Position numbers and translations under genes: made by a program
Shown: positions 12,679-26,350 of the stretch, piece by piece
Numbering within the stretch: the stretch's first letter is position 1
Layout: each line of letters begins with the position of its first letter
Assembly (NCBI GenBank): GCA_965178125.1
Contig: OZ237739.1
Location: forward strand, 1,426,001 to 1,490,000
DNA from: Bilabrum cf. latius
Lineage: Eukaryota
Reading direction: 5' to 3'
Length of the DNA: 64,000 nt
The notes under the pieces: model-generated
Told to the model about the DNA's origin: nothing
Database searches by the model: none
The model's input: the letters and a program-made list of their open reading frames with translations, nothing else

Positions 12679-15600
12679 AGGAGGGCTAGATCCAGTAGTC
12701 TTGCTGAGTGCCTGGGCGTGGTTGTGTGATTCTCGCTCTGATCGATGGATGTTTGGCTTGCTGTGAATAGTTGCAGTCGAAATCGTACCATTCAACCTCA
12801 TTGTACGCCCTCGCGCCATCCGGTTTGACACCCAAACTTGTACAGCAGAGCAAATCCGGCTCCATCGACCCCCTCAACTGACCCGGATTCGACTCCATGC
12901 AAAGAAGCAAAGGCCAGCTTACATCAGGACTCGCGACAAGTGTACGGCATAGATCAGGATACTAGTATGAGCCATCCTGGATACCTTATCCAGAACTTTT
13001 AAGCCAGAGGGTATGGGTCACAAGCTCCAAGCTGTGGACGGGGGCATGGGACCCGAGGGGTGGTGCTCCCTACACAGGTAGGTGCTAGCGGGCAACTTCT
13101 TCACGTCATACTCCAGTCTCATCAAACTCCGGTCTCGTCGCCATCCGAGGACGTCTCCAGCGTATCATTGCTCTCGTTGTCCTCCAAGAGACTCGGCAGG
13201 CTGGCCATCCCGAGCCCGAAAGCAGAGGCAACCGCTGCTCGTGGACGGTAGAACGGGACAGGCGCCACAGCACCACGCCCGCGCCTTCCGGTGGAGCCAG
13301 CAGAAGAGGCAGCACCCTTCCGCGTTGAGTCTTCGGACTCCATCGCGTAGGACGCAGCCGTACCTGTAGAAGCAGACGTGGAGGTGGCCTCAGTCGTACC
13401 GAGCCTATCGGCCCACGCAGTCGAGCTGCCCTCAGGCCGCAGCAACGTCACAGCCGCCTTGGATACCGACAGCCCCGTGCTCCTCAAGTCTGTCAGCGAA
13501 GCATCCTGCTGTGCTGCTGCAGATACCAGGGACTGGAAGCCTCCCAATATGTTAGTTAAGGTGAATTCCACCTTCCGACGCTTCCGTGACATCGCGACTA
13601 TGGCCGCGCACAGCCTGTCCTTGTACCGTATGTAGGCCACCTTCCTTGCGGCTGCTAGCGTCTTCGAGATGGTTGCCCTACGTGCACCAGCCGAAGAATG
13701 AGCCATCGCTGCACCCGGAGCGTCAATCGCTGCCCCTTGTGCATGCGATTCTCCTCCGAGCAAGCTTGCAGACGGGCCGACAGTGACGATGCAAGCGGCC
13801 GGGTCGGCGAGTGGTGCTGTCTGAACCGCCGCTTTGGCGGTACGCGACGAATCGCAGTCTGTGCCCCTGCTTTGGGAAGAACCAGCAGCAGCAGCAGCAC
13901 CGAGTTCGTTGATGGCTTCCACGACGATCTTCCTGCGCACGTAGTCCACGCCCTCCTTGTCGTCCTCATCAGAGCTCTACGTCCGTGTCAAAAGACGGCT
14001 GGAGTGGTCCGTCGAAAGGCGCTTCCGAGCGGGTGTTTTGCCGCCCTCTGAGGCTCTTGGCGTGCCGTGAGCTGCTGTTGGCCGCGCTCTGGCGGATGGG
14101 GACTCAGTTCCATGGACGCCGCCTGCTGGATCCATGAAGGGATTGTCTGCTTTCCAACGTGCAGCCACGACGATACTCTGGCCAACACCGCCGTGGGCTC
14201 CGGTGATGCTCACAATTGCGTTTCGAGTTGAATCTGAACGTGGTAGCAGCCATGGGTGTGCTGCCAGCACGGAAGCATTGTACCGCTTCTCCACGCGCAC
14301 CTCCAGCAGGCCCCGCAGCAGGTCCAAGCACTCGTGGCTCAGGTCATTCGGCAGCAGGTGCCAGCTGACTCGGCCCGCCTTGGCTGCAGACAGCTGGGTC
14401 GAGGCGCCAATGCCCTCGAACGGCATGCGACCCGCGAGCAGCCAGAACAGCGTCACGCCCAAGGACCAGTAGTCGCTGGCCCTCTGCCCCTGGTGCTTGA
14501 AGAGCTCTGGGGCCATGAAGAGAGGGGTGCCTGCGATGCCTGCCACGAAGGGCTGCTTCTCGCGATGCACCCCGCGCTGCTTATGATCGTCGGTCCCAGC
14601 ATCAAGGTGCACCTCCAGCAACTTCAGCACGTCTCTCTGGCCTACAGTCGGCAAACTTCCCGCATCTGTTCGACCGGCCATGTCGGCTGCTTGTCGCGCC
14701 CATTGCAATAGCGTGGTGCTGGTCCCAGACGATCCGCTGGAGCCGTGTGCCGCCGTGTTCTGCGAGCCCTTGCTCTGCTTGGAGCCAGAGCTGGACGATG
14801 CACCAGGCTGCCCTCGCCAAAAATTATGCACTGTACTGCTCTGCCGCGCTCCAAGATCCGTACCAAACTGGCTAGACTCAGTGTTGTTCGAGAGTGAAGC
14901 TACACCTTGGAGTGGGTCGAATCCAGACGAGGCCGCGCCTTCGCTGCCGCGTAACCGCGCAGACACCACAGACCGAGGCATCGCCACTGCTGCTGTCCCA
15001 CTAGCATGACGACTCCTCTGCCATCGTTTCTCCTTGGATTGATGAGAGCGGCTGCCTTGCGTGGATCCAGAATAGGAGGCAGAGTGCTTGCTGGTGGACA
15101 CACGGCTAGGCTCGTGGGCGACCCCGGCATCTGCTGAGTCGAGTGAGGATCCATCTTTTCGACTGCCAGAAGTCTGGCTAGAGGTTTCTGTGGGGTACTG
15201 TATTGCTTTGGGTGTCCTGCTGCCGGATGCACCTCGCGAGTGACCGGCCGCCTCGGTGCTCGACCTGGATACCCACGAGGGTAGCCGGATGGACCCCTTT
15301 TCATTCCTGGACGACTTGCCCACCTGTCCGGATGCATCGCTTCTGGCCCCAAAAGAGGTCTGCCGCCGCGGCCCGCTTAATTCCTTGATGCGTGTAATCT
15401 CTGCAAATCGCCGCACTACCTCCTCCAGAGATACCTCTGCCACCTATGGCCGGCTTGCGTCGATCTGGTCAGTTGGGCCGGCTGCCTCAGGAATGGTGGA
15501 GATCTCTGGATTGCCAGGCGATGGCGTGTCACGATCAGAAAGTGCATCCAGTAGAAAAAACCAAGGTACCGAGTCGATGGCACCGGGGCCGACTGCGCGC

Positions 15601-18600
15601 TCATGATCGCCACGTTCCAGAGTGCAGATTGCACAAGCTAGGTGTGAGCCGGGGCCTGAGCCAGCTGCTTGATCGTCATTCACAGACATTGCAGCAGCAT
15701 GCAACTAGCCCAAGCTTGCAGTTACGGCTGGGGTGTCATTGTCCTCATTCATTGCCTGCAGCTCCTACGCAGCCGTTCGAATGCCAACTACACCATCGTA
15801 CAGAGAGGGCTCATCCACTAGCATCGCCTAGAGCTCCCCTAGACTCATCGCGACAGAAATAACTGCCTGCACGCTCACAGAATCAGCATACTCCTCAATG
15901 GATTGTGCGATCGCCTCGAGCTCAAGCCGAGACTGCGATGGCTTGATCGCAGAGGCGAGACCACCACCTGTGCCTGGCTACTGCCGTCCCGCCAACGGGA
16001 TAACAATCAGTCTGATAGTATCTGCACCGTCCGTAACGTCCCGTGAAAAAGGCTGGGCTCTCTCGGAATGGAGTGCAAGCGGTGCGTAGGTCGGCATTGC
16101 AAGCCGCAGGTCGTCACAGGCCACACATTCGTTCCAAGTCTTGTTGCCGGTACCCGGGCCAGACCTCTCCGACGTGTCCATCGAGGCAGCTACATCACTC
16201 ACAGTAGTGGGGGGTTTGTTATTTTCCAGCCTTGCAGCTAAATCATCCTTCTGCAGTTGATCTATCACTGCCAGTCCGAAGTCCACCAGCCTGGCGTGTC
16301 CCAGCTCGTCCACCACCACATTCGATGGCTTCACGTCCCGGTGCAGCACTCCACACGCATGCAGATTGCTCAAAGCACATGCCAGCTGACGACACACCAC
16401 TCGCACCGCCTCCTCGCTCAGACGCACCCTGCCGCCCCGCTTCCGAAGCATGACAGCCAGGCTCTCGCCGCGGATCAGCTCCATCACCAGCCCCACCTCG
16501 CCCTCGCCCAGTACCACTCCCTCCAGCCGGCACACCCCCGGCACGTCCTGCACGCCTGCCCGCATGAGTGCCAGTATCTCCCCGCGCACCACGTCAGCCT
16601 TAAGCGAGGCGTGGTGGGCTGAGTTGCCGGCAGAGAAGGAGGCAGAGTTGGACGCGGCAGCGCCGGCACGACGACCGTTGGCCTGTCCGTGCTTGTGGCT
16701 GCTACTGCGACTGACTTTGAGGGCAACGAGTCGGCCCGTGGGTCGGTGGGTAGCCAGGTAGACGCGAGCAAACCCGCCCTCGCCCAGCACCTTGAGTCTT
16801 GTGTAGTCCTGCATGTGAGAGCGAGGCAGTGGTGCGTCGGGCTAGCCATGCAACCCCACGTCAGGCGCTGGCATGGACGCGCACAGCCTCCTCAATAGAT
16901 CACCTCGAGGCATGGCCAGCACTAGAAGATCCCAGCCAGCTCTGTTGGCATCTGCATCTGTACCAACTGTAGATATTACGTTTGAGCGCCGCTCAGATGT
17001 GGCTTGCCTTGGTAATGGCGCTGCCGCGTAAAAGCACCGACGGGTGCGCAGCTTCGGCGAAGGCGGCGTGCTGCCTCGCCCGCTGGCTCGGTGCGTCCAT
17101 CCAACCCACGACTGCAGCCAAGCGGTGCACCGAGATTCATCTTTTGACCCCTTCGACGCATCTTCGTAGCCCTGTTCTGCCATGGCTTTGATGTCTCGCA
17201 CCATGTCTCCCTGCCACAAGCGCACCGCATCGGCATGCTTGGCCAGCCCAAGCTCGTTGCGCACTGACTGCACAGCACCAGCTGCGTCCAGGCTGATCCG
17301 GCACACGACCCCCACAAAGTCGCAGCGTATCCCATGCTAGGACCTAGGTGCTCTAAAACTTCGGAGCGGCTACTCTAGTACAAAGAAGCCGTCTACTTCT
17401 TTATCATAAGCAGCGGAAGTACCAGCTGCAGCTACTGCAGCAGGATTTGACTGCACGTTGGCCTCTTGGGTGCGTGGCCTAGGTAATCGTCTAGTCGACA
17501 CTACAGCAAGCTCTGGCGATGCACGAGCCAGTGAACTTCGCAACGAGCCCGATGTTCCTAGACCCACGAGCCTGGCCTCAGCCTCAGAGTGGCATCTCCT
17601 GCTGAGCGCGCACAACCTGTCAGCGATACCTTGGCTCTCGGCTAGCGGGTTCCTCGCCCTGCCGCTGTCCGAGTACAGCACCGTGGCAGGGGCCCGGCCC
17701 ACCCATGTGGCTTGCACCCTGCCGTCGGCCAGTCCCACCACGGGCCGCAGCTGGATGCTCATCTCTGCCAGCACGGTTCGGGTCTTTGCTTGCAGTTGCA
17801 GCACGCCATCAACGGCCTACAGCTTCCAGTTGTTGGTGCTAGAGCGACTTTCTTTCGGCATTTCAGCTTGGCCACCGCTGCCTCTCTCCGCACGTGACAC
17901 ACCCTTCTGACTTTCGAACCAGCCCAGCAGGAAGCGCCCCGCCCCTCCCCTCACCCGAATGGCCCCGTACCTCGCACAGACCTCGTCCACAACAGTCCCA
18001 ATCCGTCGATGTAGACCCAGTGCAGCCACGGGCCCCGCCAAGTCTGCAATGCGGTCGTACCCGCACAGATTCAGCGTGGCAATCATGGACTCGCCGAGCG
18101 CAATACCCCTTTGTGGCGGTCCGTTGCTCGCTTTCGCACGACGGATACGGTCCTGCCCGTTGCAGGTGATGCCACCGACAGACACGCGCATGCTACTGTC
18201 CGATTCCGCCTCTTGCTTCATACGTTGTAGAAGCACGGCCCGTGGAAGCACAGCAGCGGCTGCTGCTTTAAGTTTCCTCCGCATCTCCAACAGAATGAAT
18301 GCCGTCTGTGCTGCTCGCATGCTCAGCTGCTCGAGGACTCCTTGCATGTCCCAAGTCCAGGCCAGCTGAAGAAGCACCACGTGCAGCACGAAGAGCGCCC
18401 CCAGGCAAAACAACAACATGCTTAGAAGCGACACTCGATTTAGGCCCGAGGCATGTGGTCCAGGCCCCCACACAGCTGCACACGCCTGACCAGCCTCTTC
18501 CTGGGTTCGCACGGATGTTCCCTCCAGAGCGGCCTGCAAGATGATGTAGGGTCCGGTGGGCGTCAGTACTGCAACCCCGACACCAAGTGCGGCAGCTATA

Positions 18601-18809
18601 ACCACCGATGGCACGAGCGCGAATATCCCTAGAACGAGCTGCACAGCCACGAGGGCTGACGCACCTGGGTTAAGCAAGGGCGCGCGTGAATGGCAGGAGT
18701 AGGAGGCCACCTCCAAGATGTGAAGGGAGTGCATCAGCACGGTCGTCAGCACACCAAGGGCATACACACTGGTTGCAAACCACAGAGGGAGCAAGGATCC
18801 CTTGCAGTG

Positions 18810-20210
18810 AGCATACTTAGCAGGTCTGGGGTTACAACCAGTAAGACCGGAACTGTAGAAACTGGGATTGATTTGCGTGAAGCTCGACTCATCTTCCCGA
18901 GGGTACGCCGAGTACAGTGGTCTCGGCCGAGCTCAATAAGACACGTACTACAGGATATTGTAGTTCTGAGTCGGCTTGCAAAAAGTTTTCGGAAAAGTGC
19001 GCGTGACTTCACTGTGAAATATGGCCCAGGTGGAGCAGGGCACACAGGCTGCAGCGGCTCTATCGCATCTTCAAGGTTCCTAGCCGCACAAGGCATTGAT
19101 TGCTATCGCAAAGCAAGAATCCGCAAATATTCTGGATAATTGCGTTGGTGAATCCTGGGAAGCATGGATGGAAACAGCAATGGGCGCCGGAGGTCATGCT
19201 GGGTTCATCGAGGCTATCAGCAACCAAGCAGCGGGCGACAAACCAATGGACACGGCAACAGCAAACGGTCTGGGTAATGACTTTAAGACCTTACTGTCGG
19301 TGGGAATGGACGACAACCAGAAGAAACGGGCAGTCCTGATGACGGCCACGGCATGGGTGATTTCACTGTACGTGAAATTACCTCATCGTCCTACCAAGGA
19401 GGAGCTGAAACGAGTTTTGCACGACTGCAAGCGTAACTTCCCTGCTTAGGAAGGAGCGCAGCTGTCAACAGGTGCAGCTGGATGGTTTGCGGTCCTCACA
19501 ACGTCTGCGGGCGGTGGGCTCCTACATCAACTACTACGAGCTGCAGCAGTGTTGCAGTCCGCGTATGGTCCGCTGCGAGCGGCCAAACGGACATCTCTGC
19601 TGTCAATGACACGTTTCGCCTCTAATTGGGGGTGGCGACTTACGACTGAGAAGTTGGAATAGCAGGACAGCTACCCGGACCACGTGCTTGCGAAGGCGAT
19701 CGCAGCCGTGGTAAACGAACAAAACGCGACACAGGCCCTGGGAGAAGAACAAGACGATGCAGATGGGGAAGCTCCTGGAGAGGACCCCGATGACGTCGAT
19801 GCAGAGGCTGACGAGGTCGAGCAGGTCCAGAAGCTCCCGCCAACAGCTTGGCCCACGACCGACGACGCGGCGACCCAGTTCATCACGCAGGAGAAGGCGG
19901 CGTGGAGCGCAGCAGGTGATGTTCTACATCGTGCTAACGCCATTGTCGCATGGTGGGTTCCGCGGCTGGATGCCATGCGTGAGGAGTGCAAGACGGGGGA
20001 CGGGCGCCAACGCACGGCTCGGATCTTAAAGACGCTCGCCGACGTTCTCCCGGACTAGAAGATAGGAATATTTCTAGCTGGTAAGGTGGATGACCTGTTC
20101 CAGTCGATTCTGCCAAAGGACGAGGAGCTCATGAAGGAAATCGGTAAAATGGCCGTGAGGGAACTCACGTCAACACTGATGAACCCTGCGGGAGCATCGT
20201 CAGGGGCAGC

Positions 20211-20250
<40 letters not shown>

Positions 20251-21298
20251 TTCTGGGGCGGGGCTGCGGGGAGCGCAGCGAGCGCACCTGCAAAAGCTTA
20301 GAGATGGCCTACGTACCGCCTGCAGGCGGTCGTCGCTCACGCCCTTCGTACGACCCTTCACGACTTGGGCGACAAGCTGAAAACTGCCCGTATGGATTTC
20401 GGACATCGGGTGCTGGCAGGCACACAGTACCAGCCTAAGGCAAGTGATACCGCGGTACGCGCAGCTCACTCCAGTGTGACTCTCTGGCTGCCCCAGGGAA
20501 TGAGCTGGGTGTTGGAGTAGCTTGTCGGTCCTATCAATTACCTCCTGCCGCTGTATCTGGATGCGGACTCCCACACATATGTCTGGTCGGGCAAGACCAC
20601 GACGATAACCGCCTACATCCACCGGTTGAGCGAGCGTACTTCAGGTGCGCTGAGGGCAGCAGGACACGCTGGAGATTGGGATCGGATCGTGAAGGCGGCC
20701 GATCGGTTGAACACTATCGTCACTCGTGCAGGAGTCCGGGGGCTGGACGATCTCCCACCGTGGGATCGGGCACTGTGGCATGCGTACGCAGGACACCACG
20801 CAATGGTGCAGGAGGACGTCTCGGATTTGACATTGAGCAACCCGGAGTCCAAGGATATTACCGCCAGAGCCTTCATTCGATCGGTGCAGGGCGCAGCGGC
20901 CGCAGTAAAGGAGCGGTTTGCTCGGAGCGTCAGCATGCAAGGTGGACATTGTGGCTTGGGCCGCATGGTAGTCGAACTGATGCTCGCCACTAGGATCGGA
21001 TTCTATCCAGATCTGTCTGCAGCCGATGCGGGGACGATGCAGCTGCTCTTGCGTAGCATCCCGTCAACTCTCCTCCCAGAGCCACCCAGGCGCGGCCAGG
21101 ACACCATGGACCGGCAGAATCACCTGATGCCGCACTAGTTGGCAGTATGGCTGGCGCAATACTTCAACGTGAACACTGGGCCGCTCGGGAGCAGATACCC
21201 GGGCAGCGGAGTCCCGCCCACGTCATCGGCATCCAGCGCAACCAGCGGTTCGGGGACATCAACGTCCGCCTCGCCAATGGGATCGTCAGCTGCAGCGG
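18810..21298 (+). mobile_element. 2.5-kb insertion of unknown class, flanked by GTG on both sides (18807-18809 and 21299-21301)
   Basis: Foreign sequence splits paralogue A at a single codon with no apparent loss of host sequence. It carries a long antisense ORF. No TIR, poly-A tail or LTR pair seen. Confidence 0.72.
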
Positions 21299-21327
21299 GT
21301 GCAGCAATGGCCCGATAGCCACCATGA
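19021..21327 (+). CDS. Insertion-encoded ORF of about 768 aa with no recognisable domain (possibly a gag/ORF1-like retroelement protein); runs off the element and stops in host sequence
   Basis: ATG 19021. Track ORFs 19096, 19684, 20086 and 20626 are all in this frame, separated only by TAG (19081, 19447, 19660, 20056, 20299, 20518, 21136). Contains an acidic tract and a poly-Ser tract. First TGA is 21325-21327. Confidence 0.62.
20212..20250 (+). repeat. (AGC)13 microsatellite encoding poly-Ser
   Basis: Direct reading of the sequence. Confidence 0.9.
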
Positions 21328-24300
21328 GCACGCCCAATGAGGCCCTCGGCAGAAAGGGCACGTACAGTCTGAACGCTTCTGTGGGTGCCATACTGATCTC
21401 ACCGCGGGCTGCCACTTCAAGCATGAAAGCCTAAGTCCCAATTGAGACCGCACTTTGGACCAAGGCAAGCCCCAGCAACACCATCATGAAGCCGGACCGG
21501 AGTGGTATTCCGAGCCCCGTGCAGTGATCATGCTCCAGAGCAGCCTCGTTTTCGATGCCCGGCAGCAGCGCAGTCGTCACGTATCCCTTATCTATATCAA
21601 TTTTGTTGGCATTTGTATCGTGATGCTCGGTCTTCGATCTGACTCGCATGTCTGGACTGCAGCCGACGAGTACATCAGGGCTGCCACCTGCGGCCTCCTA
21701 TGGATTCGGAGTTGAAGGACGCGCAGGTACTCTGGCAGCTTGCGTTATGCTATGAACGGCAGACAGAGCCGCCTCCACGGAAAGAGGTATGTGCTTCCCG
21801 TCCTCCATGATTATGCATGGCAAGGCCAGCACCACTGCGGTATCATGCGGAGCAGCAGCCATGCGACTCCCAGCCCCTGACAACGAATCTGTAGTCTTGC
21901 TGTCTGGTTCACCAGAGCTCTCCTATCTGGCATCAGGTAGCTCCAAGCCGGCTGGACTAGCAGCTCGCACGCCTGATGCTGCCTGAAGGTCACCATGCGC
22001 CAGCTCGCCGGTGCTTGCAGGTACCGTTTCTGACGCATCTACAGCGTGTCGGACCCAAGCAAGCAGCATTGAAACCAATCGGTGGAATTCCTGTGACTGT
22101 GCTAGCTCAACAGCCCCGAGGCCATCTGATGATTGCTCGCGCTGGGACTTGGTGTCCCGGCCGTCCCTCGACCTCGAACAAGCCACGCCAGGGCCCGGGG
22201 CCAGGTCCCGTCTTCTCTCTCTCTTGGATTCTGGGCCACTGAAGCCCTGCTCACTGGTTGCCATGGCCAGGTGCCACTGCAGCATGGCAGCAGCTGCATC
22301 CTAGAGCTTCTGCAGCACGCTGATCATCCTGTTGGCTGCATCTCTCGACATTGCTAGGCGATGCTGCAACTGGGCCGAGGGCTGGGCAAGTGAAGCAGTG
22401 CTGGCAGTAAAGATGGAAGACTCGGCATCGTTGACAGCGCTTGTCTCCGACCGGCCCATCCTGGCGCTGTAACGAGAAGCACGCGCCAGCCCTCCCCCGA
22501 ATGCCGCCCACTCGTGAGGCTGCTACTGCAGGCCCATCAGCCCCACCACCATCGCGCACTGGGACGAGGACGGGTAGGTCAGCCCGCCCCTCAGCAGCAC
22601 GGCCCTGCTCCTGGCCTGCATGGCCCCCAGCAGGAACCGCTCCAGAGCAGCCAGGCAGGCGAAGGTCGACACGAAGCGGCGCGACTCGTACGGCAGTGGG
22701 TCTGTGGAGCGGGCCGGGGTGCGCAGGCCGGCGGCGGCAGTCCATTGCGAGTCGTTCACGCCCACGCTAACTGTAGATTGCATCGGCAGCTTATCAATCG
22801 TCATCTATTTTCCGATCGTTGTCCAAGGCAGCTTTGCCATCAAGTACAGGCTTCGACGCACGTCCCTCGACAGCACGCCAAGGGCAGCTGCTCCCACGGA
22901 TGCGTCCGTGCTGCTCCGGTTGGCCCGCGTGTACCGAGTTGCTTGCTCTTGGAGGAACCCGGGATGGAGCACAGAGAATAGCGGCCCCCCAGACGCAATA
23001 GATGCTGAATCCAAGCAGTTGCACAGCATTTCCATGGTAGGCAAATTGACATGAGCCCCCGACCCGTTTGTTGGCCCGCTACTTGGTAACCCGGCCTCAT
23101 GGTGCTAAGCCGAGATGCCACCATCGCCCATCCCCCTACGTGCGTCTCTTTCCCGCTCAAGAGACTCAGTATGTACCGGAAAGGAGGTCGAACTTTCTTT
23201 CGGCAGTGTGGCCTCCGCTCCCTTCTGGCACGACACGGCCATGATCACTGGCCTCGCCTCGAACGCCATCACCCCCGCCTCCATGCACTCCCTGGCGAAT
23301 GGAGGCACCTGCTGCGCCACAGACTGCGCAATGATGGCGTGCTAGGCGTGAGCTTTCCTCTGCGAATCCAGCTACTTCGCCCTCGCTGCCTCTCCCCTCC
23401 ATCTGAGGTACTCCCGCTCCATGCCGAGAATGGCGACGTAGGCGAAGGACACAAAAAGGCTGTACATGAGCTGGTCGAGGATAAGGCTCAGAGCATTCAG
23501 ACCCATGGGACTGGTGAAACTGTACCTGTGTTCCGCGGGAGTCTGCTTGGGACCGACCTGTCCGAAGGGATAGGCGTCGCCCGAGAGGCTCAGGCAGGCC
23601 AGCAGCAGGGCAACCCAGGCCGTATACGACAGCTGCAGAAACACCCAAGGTCCCGCCGCTAGCTCGAAATCGAATGGGGCGAGCAGGGGCCAGATGATCC
23701 ATATCGTCGTTGCTACTGGGGTGCCCCGTCCCGGACTCACAGCCAGGTCAAGCACCATACCCAATAGCGTTGCCGCTGCCAGTGAGACGATTGGCACGGC
23801 AACGCCAGAGGCGTACTAGACCGCGTCGATGACCACAGGCAGCGCTACCCGCAGCCTATTATCTTCAGAGAGGCTGCCAGACCGCGGTGTATCATCGCTT
23901 GAGGCACGCCCGGCCAGTGAGCCAATGTTGCTTTCCTGGAGCCTTTCAGTCGCAGGTGGCCAGGAGCCTTCCTGCTCTGGAGCCTCTGCCGCTGGCCCAG
24001 CCTGCGCTCTCCTCCTCTAGTTCCTTCCAATGCCCCGCCCCCCGGCTGCTGCCTGCACTTCAGGGACGGGGTCCTAGATCTGGGGGCGATCGATCTGACG
24101 CAAACGGCTTCGCGGAGTTTCTGCGGCGGGAAGCTCCTCCATGGGTAGCCTTGCATCTGCAGAGCCGAAGGGGTTCACCTCATCATCGTGCAGATCGCCG
24201 GGATGCACCCTGGCGCTGGAATCGCGCGATGCGCCTGCCGGTGGCAGCAGAGCCGAACAGCAGCGAACAGGAGGCATGCATGTAATATCGGAATCGATTG

Positions 24301-25451
24301 CGGACCGGCGGCCGCCTAGCGCTCTAGCTAGCCTCATGAGCACGCTACGTGGCGAAGCGGTCGCTGCAAAGGAGCGGTCCTGGGCAGCTCGCAGGCCAAT
24401 TCTAGCAATGCATGATACTGCGTGAGCCGGGCTGCATACGAGAGGTCTTGATGCCTAAATACAGCACCATGCCATGCATACGGCACCAGTAGTAGGATGA
24501 AAACTTGCGCAAGCGGCAGTTCGATCCGATGCGCTACCACTACCTGACGTATCCGAAGATGATCGGCCCCCGGCATCTGGTGCTGTCGGAAAAGCCCTAC
24601 CTCTGCGCGAGTTTGAGCTTGGTGTGCTCATAGTTTGCTTAGAATTTGTCAAGTTCGACATCTTCCCCCGCTTGCCACGGCCCCAAGCCTGCTGTGAAGG
24701 CTGCATTCTTTCCTCCACAATCTCAGACCCTTTCACGCAGAATAACCACAATCGCATCGACCACGCTATAGTAATTGACAGCACAACTACAAATGCACAG
24801 CTAAATGAGACAGAAACGAAGTCCTCATCGATTGTAGTAGCGGCAATTGGTGGGTCGCCGGCAGTTCGGTTGCGCGGCAGCGTAGACAACATGACCATGG
24901 CCATCAAGAATATTACCGAAGATCCAATTAAAAGGGCCTAGTCCCATCGTAAAACATGTCTATCCATCTTAGTGAGGTGCGCTTGGTCTCGGGGAGGGCG
25001 TCCCAGTCAACGCAATCAACCTTCTCTCAAACGGACTGGTTGCCGTGCCGAAAAGCTTGGAAACCTCTCTGAAAGCTCCGACCAAAACGCAAGTTACAAT
25101 ATGAATAATACCGGTTCCCAATCGTAGACCAAGGCTCGTCAATTGGACAGTTTGGGAGGAATTATGTGCCCGTGGTGTATCTAATACAGACCAAGCCTCT
25201 GAGACACCTCAAATATACTCGCAACTCCCATTTCGTGAATTTCGGGTTCAATAATATCCAAAGGTAAAAGTACAATTTTAAGATTCGATTATTGTGCCGT
25301 GTGGTACTTTTGGAGCAGCTTATCTGCGAATCCAGAACGATGCGGAGGTCGCAACGGTACAAGCAACCGGCGTACACCCGTGCTGGTCCTGACGTGGTCG
25401 CACGCTCTACGATATAACCCACGCTTAACGAACAAACACATTCCATGGCAT

Positions 25452-26294
25452 TCAAAGCCACTAGAAACTGTCAGTCAATTCTCTGCGCACCGATCCTATC
25501 GGTCCTTCCGAAGACCGCAAGCTGTCTTCCTCTTGCATCCCCTCCAGCACACTCGGCAGCGAGGCAACTGCCAGTCCAAACGCAGACGCGGCCCCGCGGC
25601 GCGGGCGATAGAATGGAGCAGCGAATGCCTGCCCATTCGGCGCAGGCTCGGCCTGACCAGGCAGCGAGGGTGTCAGCTGAGGAGACAAAGAGCTCGGTGT
25701 CCTGCCCGACGTGGTGCGTGTGACGGCCTCTGCAGCCCCACCGCCAGCTGCACCACTATCACCTGCGGGGCCTGCTTCTCGCAGCTCCGCGCACAGTCTG
25801 CGGGAGTCCTCGTCGTGCACTTGCAGGTCCACATCTGTCTCGCACCGCACTAGCTCGGTCGTTATGGCTCAGCCTCCATGCCGATGCTGCTGAGGTCCTA
25901 CATCGCACCCTCACGGCGGACGGCAGGATGCACCATCAGCTCGGACGCACCAAGCATCCAGCGCAAGCCCAATCCAATCTGCACACGATGCCTGCGCAGA
26001 TACAGCGTGAGCACAGCTTTTGCGTGCTTGGCCTGCATCTCGCCATGTACCATGTACAGGTCCATGGCCTGCATGTTGCCTCTGCTGGACCAAGAGCTCA
26101 TGCTCCCCAGCAGGGTCCATGAATGGGTTGTCAACAGACCAGCGCTCCATGACCGGGTCCTGTCCCGCGCGAGACAGCTGACCTGCTAGTCCAACTCTGC
26201 CCAATGCGATGCGTACTGACTCGCCGGCAGGCAACAGCCATGGATGTGCTGCCAGCACGGAAGCATTGTACAGCCGCTCCAAGCGCACTTCCAG
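25452..26294 (-). pseudogene. Decayed copy of the 3' end of kinase paralogue B
   Basis: Highly similar to about 40975-42130 (YNASVLAAHPWLLP...DNPFMDPAGEHELL...PFYRPRRGAASAFGLAVASLPSVLE). It has an internal deletion of about 345 bp with a GTACATG duplication at the junction (about 26044-26057) and a 1-nt deletion near 25870. Both shift the frame. Confidence 0.85.
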
Positions 26295-26305
26295 CGCTCC
26301 AGGCG

Positions 26306-26350
26306 GTAGCGCCGCGCGCCTACAATAGCGTGAGCGGAACCTAATTTGGC
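26306..26350 (+). repeat. Left 45-bp terminal inverted repeat
   Basis: Exact inverted match to 29522-29566. Confidence 0.93.

Larger units (their letters stand above)
13122..24967 (-). pseudogene. Giant multi-TM / degenerate cyclase-like / split Ser-Thr kinase gene (paralogue A, about 3117 aa if intact), interrupted by an insertion at 18810-21298
   Basis: Segments 24967-21299 and 18809-13122 are each open except for TAG. Removing the insert and one GTG restores GPLLH-CKGSLLPLWF, collinear with paralogue B (GTMAH-QKQQLLSMGF). Kinase motifs GEGGFARV, VALK, HRDVKPSN, DFG, GTPLFMAPE and DYWSLG. Ends TGA 13122. Called disrupted because the insert shifts the frame. Confidence 0.78.

Noticed and set aside
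18807-21304. Insertion as an intron (plus strand starts GTGAGC and ends near GTGCAG)
   Set aside because: Those splice-like signals are on the strand opposite the host gene. On the host strand the junctions are not GT...AG. Cryptic splicing cannot be excluded without RNA data.
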